Part shown: positions 59,881-64,000 of the stretch, in pieces
Layout: every line of letters starts with the position of its first letter
Numbering within the stretch: position 1 is the stretch's first letter
Origin: the human T2T-CHM13v2.0 reference genome, Homo sapiens
Strand: one strand, 5' to 3'
Assembly (NCBI RefSeq): GCF_009914755.1
Contig: NC_060929.1
Length of the DNA stretch: 64,000 nucleotides
Made by a program: the position numbers and the translations under genes
Notes under the pieces: model-generated
Told to the model about the DNA's origin: nothing
Seen by the model: the letters and a program-made list of their open reading frames with translations, nothing else
The model's database searches: none

Positions 59881-62719
59881 ATGTTCTATCTGCAAAACTC
59901 TGAAAGATGCATAGTTTGGCATTTCACTAGATCCTGAATCACATCATCTTTTGTCTCAGCTCCTCAAGATTGGCTAATAACACCTTATTGAAAAAATATA
60001 TGAATTAGCAAGGGAAAACTGAATGTGTCATGCCAGAGTGGTAGCATACTTCCAGTACTTCCATCTCACCACATCTTTCAGAAAATAACACATGATTCTG
60101 TTGCTGTCACCAGTGTACAAACTGCTGCTTAGTAGGGTTTTTACACAAATGAAGAAGCAATACAATTCAAAAGTCGTAAGTATAATGGCTCATTACAATC
60201 AGCTGTGAACTAAAACAGGAACAAAACTTGTTGCACTAACTTTTGCGATCAAATTTTAGAAGGTTTTGGAAAGAGGGGTGGGGGAAGTGGGGACAGGGAA
60301 AGACAAAAGGGGAGTAGAGAGAGATGAGAGGAGGCAAGGGAGCAAAGAAAGGGGGAAGGGACAGAAAGAGCAGAGAAAGAGAGACAGAATGAGACAGTGC
60401 CATTCAAATAACTTTAAAAAGTTTAGCTCCCAAGCTATATTCTTGGACTCCAGGAGAAAAATTAATTGCAAGGAAATTGTTCAAAATTCAAGTGTACATA
60501 ACCCTTTTACCTACAGGAAATTAATAGTTGCCTTACCTATGGACTAAAGCCAGAAGTTGAGGAATAAGAATAGTTTGAGATTATACACAGGCCTACAAAA
60601 AGAGCTAGATGGGAAGTCAGGATATGTGGGTTTCAGGTATGACTTCATGGCTCTATTACTCTTTCTTTGTAATGAGAAAAAAGAATTTTGGGTTTTGGTC
60701 TAGGTGCCTCAAAGGCCTCTTCTAGTTTTAAAATGTCATGTTAGAGAAAAAATATTTTTATAGGAGTATAAAATTTACAAAAATAGGTAACATATGCTAT
60801 GGACAAAGAGAATTCAGATTATGATAAAACAGAGAAAACTGAGGTCCCTAATATACCAAATATTACAGAAAAGAAAGACTCTTTACTCCAGATGGCTAAT
60901 TGAATAGAAGATTTCTGTGAATGCACATGAAAATGGCAAGAGTAGACATAAACTTGGTGTGAAATAAATCAGAACAACCATGCATTTTTTTACAGTGTAG
61001 AAACTTGTATTTATAAACAAGGAAACAAGAAAAGTGAAGGACAGAATAAGATAAAGGAGCACATGTAACTCATATATTCTAGGTTCAATGCATTAGTGAA
61101 AATGACAGATAAAAAGAAATTTTTTCTCCTTCTTGGATCCATTACAAGGTATTTGTAGAGACTGAATACTATTTCAGCTAATGTGTGTAGAAGCTCTGGA
61201 TTTTCCTACTAAAAACAGCACTTTTTTTTTTTAACAGTCTGACTTTTAACAATCAGAGATTAAATGGAGCATGTGTTGAGACTCTCCATCTTTGGCATTC
61301 CAACTGTTTTTTCATAAAAATGAAAAATAAAAAACACAAAATGCAAAAAACACTGTATCACATAAATAACACATTAGTTGCTATTTCTTCTGCTTGATGA
61401 GACTTTTTCTTGATTCAGTCAGCTCTATATCTCTGGCACAGAAAACCTGGGGAAAGGGGATGAAGGGATAGCAAACATGAAATCAATTCTTGTTCTCATT
61501 AAGTGAATTCTTTCACATTAAGTGAAAGAAAGAAAAAGATAACAGATTAGTTGTCCACCACCAAATTGCCTGGATGGTAATGGACAGAAAAAAAATGAAA
61601 TGGCATAAATTGATATGATTATCAGTAGATTTACATCCAATTTCTGAGCTCTCGATGAGTGTGTAGCTAACTTAGTATCACGAAGCCATGGCAAAACTAC
61701 TGCACATTATTTACATCAACAACAAGCCAGCACAAACTGAGGGCACAGATTCCAGTTGCTGCTAAAATTGCTCCATCCTTGACTTGCAGGGCAGAGTTTC
61801 AGCTATGGAACAGCCAAGGAGGCTTTAAGGTCTGAGACAACATTGTGCAAACATTTTATATCCTATAAAACAATACGGAAAGATCCTGTGTTCAGCAACA
61901 GAGAAATCTAGATCAAAAGAAACATTTAGAATGAGCAGTTTATGTTGAATTCGACTCACAATGAACAATGTCTTGAGAGAGTTGTCATTCTTGTCACAAA
62001 CTTTGCAAATATGTGACTCTGCTGTCCATTATCCCAAAACCCACATACTGTCCTTCATTTTCTAAAAGCAAGGAAAATTGCAGATGGCAACAACCTGCAG
62101 AAAACTAAATAGCAACTTAGTAATGAGATGTTTGAAGGAATCATGTTGAGACAAACCAGACTCTAGATAAATCAGCCTAAGTATTTTTCACTTATTGTTG
62201 AGGATCTCCATGACCACAGTTTTTGACATGGAAAGAACCTGTGAGAGTTCTGGATGACTGTTTCCAAGAGTAACTAAAAAGTTGTTGTTTGTTTTTCCCC
62301 CCCAGAAAGTCAAACACCATTTTTAGCTAAAAGCCAAACAATAAGCATATTAGTAACCATTAGGTGATTTCTAGAACTAAGAATGTTTTCATTTCTTTTT
62401 GGTTTCTAATTTAAAAAAATAACATCATCAGTTAGTAGGGTGTACTTTAAAATAAAAAATAAAAATCAAAGGATATGTTTGTATTGTATAGAAAAATGAC
62501 TTTCTGGAATTTTATTTAGCTCAGTAAGGCTCACAATGAAGATATACACGATAAGAAACTCAGTATTCCTCAGATGAATATTGAGACTTGAATGCTGTTT
62601 TGTGATGTCTTCATATATTTAAATATATAAAATGGCACATCAGCAGACTAAGATTTCTTGACAAAATCACCATTAGATTATAGATATCTTTCTTTCAAGG
62701 TTGACCCTTCTCTCCTATT

Positions 62720-63550
62720 TTAAAAAATTTTGATTATGAAAAATTTCAAACATGCCGCGAAGTTAAAATAGTATTGTAGTGAACATCTGTATACTCATCA
62801 CCTAGATTCTACCATTAACATTTTACTGTATTGCTTTATTCTCTATTCATTTGTCTGTCCATCCTCCTAGGTATCAATCAATCCATCTTATTTCTTGATG
62901 CATTTCAAAGTACGTTGCAGACTTCAGTACATTTCCCCCAATTCTCCATTAGGTGTATTAGCTAGAATTCAACATTTCTTTACAGTTTTATTCTTATGAT
63001 TAAAATTGATGATCAATAAAAGACACATATCTTAAATGTGAATTCTGTGTTTTGAAAAATGTATGCATCAGTGTTACCAGAACTATCACAATATTAAATA
63101 TTACCATCACTCCAGAAAGTTCCCTACACCCCTTCCCAGTCAGTACCTACTTTCTGCCCCTCAGAAGCAATCATTGTTCTTATTTTTGTTCCCACCAAAG
63201 ATTAGTTTTCTTTAGAGCATCCTTTGAATGGAATTATACACCCTTTGAATGGAATTATATGTATTACCTTAACTCTGCCTACTGCCCAAGTCAACCTGCA
63301 TTCTGAAACTTATCTGAGTTTACATAGAAAACATGCAATTCATTAATTCTAATTCTGCTCTTGCATAAGTCGTCTTTCAGTTGGCATGTTGTTTGGTGTA
63401 TCAGTAGTTTGATATTTTTTATTGCAGAGGGAGATTCTGTTATGATTATACCAAAATTTGTTTATTCATTCTATTTATGAACACCAGCACTGTTTCCAAT
63501 TTTTGGCTATTATGGATAATGTTGCTGTGGACATTTCTATATAGATCTTT
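62720..63550 (-). mobile_element. Old L1M 3' fragments
   Basis: TTATGAAAAATTTCAAACAT..CACCTAGATTCTACCATTAACATTTT..CCATCACTCCAGAAAGTTCCCT..TTTCCAATTTTTGGCTATTATG. Confidence 0.7.
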
Positions 63551-64000
63551 AGATCCTGCATCTTATTTCAGGTTCCCAGTCTCTCCCCACAAAACTGACA
63601 GTCCATTGGGTTTATGTAGACAACTGTGTACTTCAGACTACCAAATAAGTTTCCATTTCAGGCCCTGCTTGGGCTTGATAAATTCAGTGTAGCACTTTTT
63701 TTTTTTTTCATCAAGCATTTGAGCACAGATGGAAAGAATAAAAAAAGAAGAAGTAATGACCTTAGGCATATTCTTGAAGTGTGAATGCACCGTTTTCGTC
63801 AAATAACTTCTATGTGAAATATCAGTTTGCAATTCTAGGAGGAAAAAAAAATAAAAGAATTGTTGTATAATCTCTGTACTTCTTCCATAAAGATTGACTG
63901 TGACTTAAAATAGCCTGGAGTTATTAATGCTGTAAATCTTTCTGAAAGAGATTTCAGTGCTTGTTCTTCTTGCTCTCAAAAAACAAAACAAAACAAAAGT

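Noticed and set aside
61507-61530. Hairpin TTCTTTCAC-ATTAA-GTGAAAGAA
   Set aside because: A 9-bp AT-rich stem is too short for a miRNA or structured RNA call.
63220-63258. 21-bp tandem duplication (similar ones at about 4489-4535 and 26510-26548)
   Set aside because: Ordinary slippage duplications within or next to old repeats.

Overview
AT-rich, CpG-poor mammalian DNA. Alu (J, S, Y), THE1/MST LTRs, L1PA and HSMAR2/MADE1 make it primate, most likely human, and intronic or intergenic. I see no CpG island, no recognisable intact protein-coding exon, no RNA gene and no CRISPR array. Much of the window is transposon-derived: a full-length THE1 retroelement with a perfect target-site duplication (TSD), a full-length decayed HSMAR2 mariner, a MER45R/Zaphod hAT remnant with a readable transposase dimerisation motif, several L1s (one with its 5'UTR fused directly to ORF2), solo LTRs, Alus, and L2/MIR fragments. 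There is one processed HMGB1 pseudogene, inserted in an L2 and carrying a young AluY. The unique segments contain speculative minus-strand exon candidates (about 3.0-3.2 kb, 6.3-6.6 kb and 50.1-50.35 kb) and enhancer-like blocks. I found no convincing new biological system. The best leads are those exon candidates and several structural oddities in the repeats. Subfamily names come from my recollection of consensus sequences and need RepeatMasker/Dfam confirmation.
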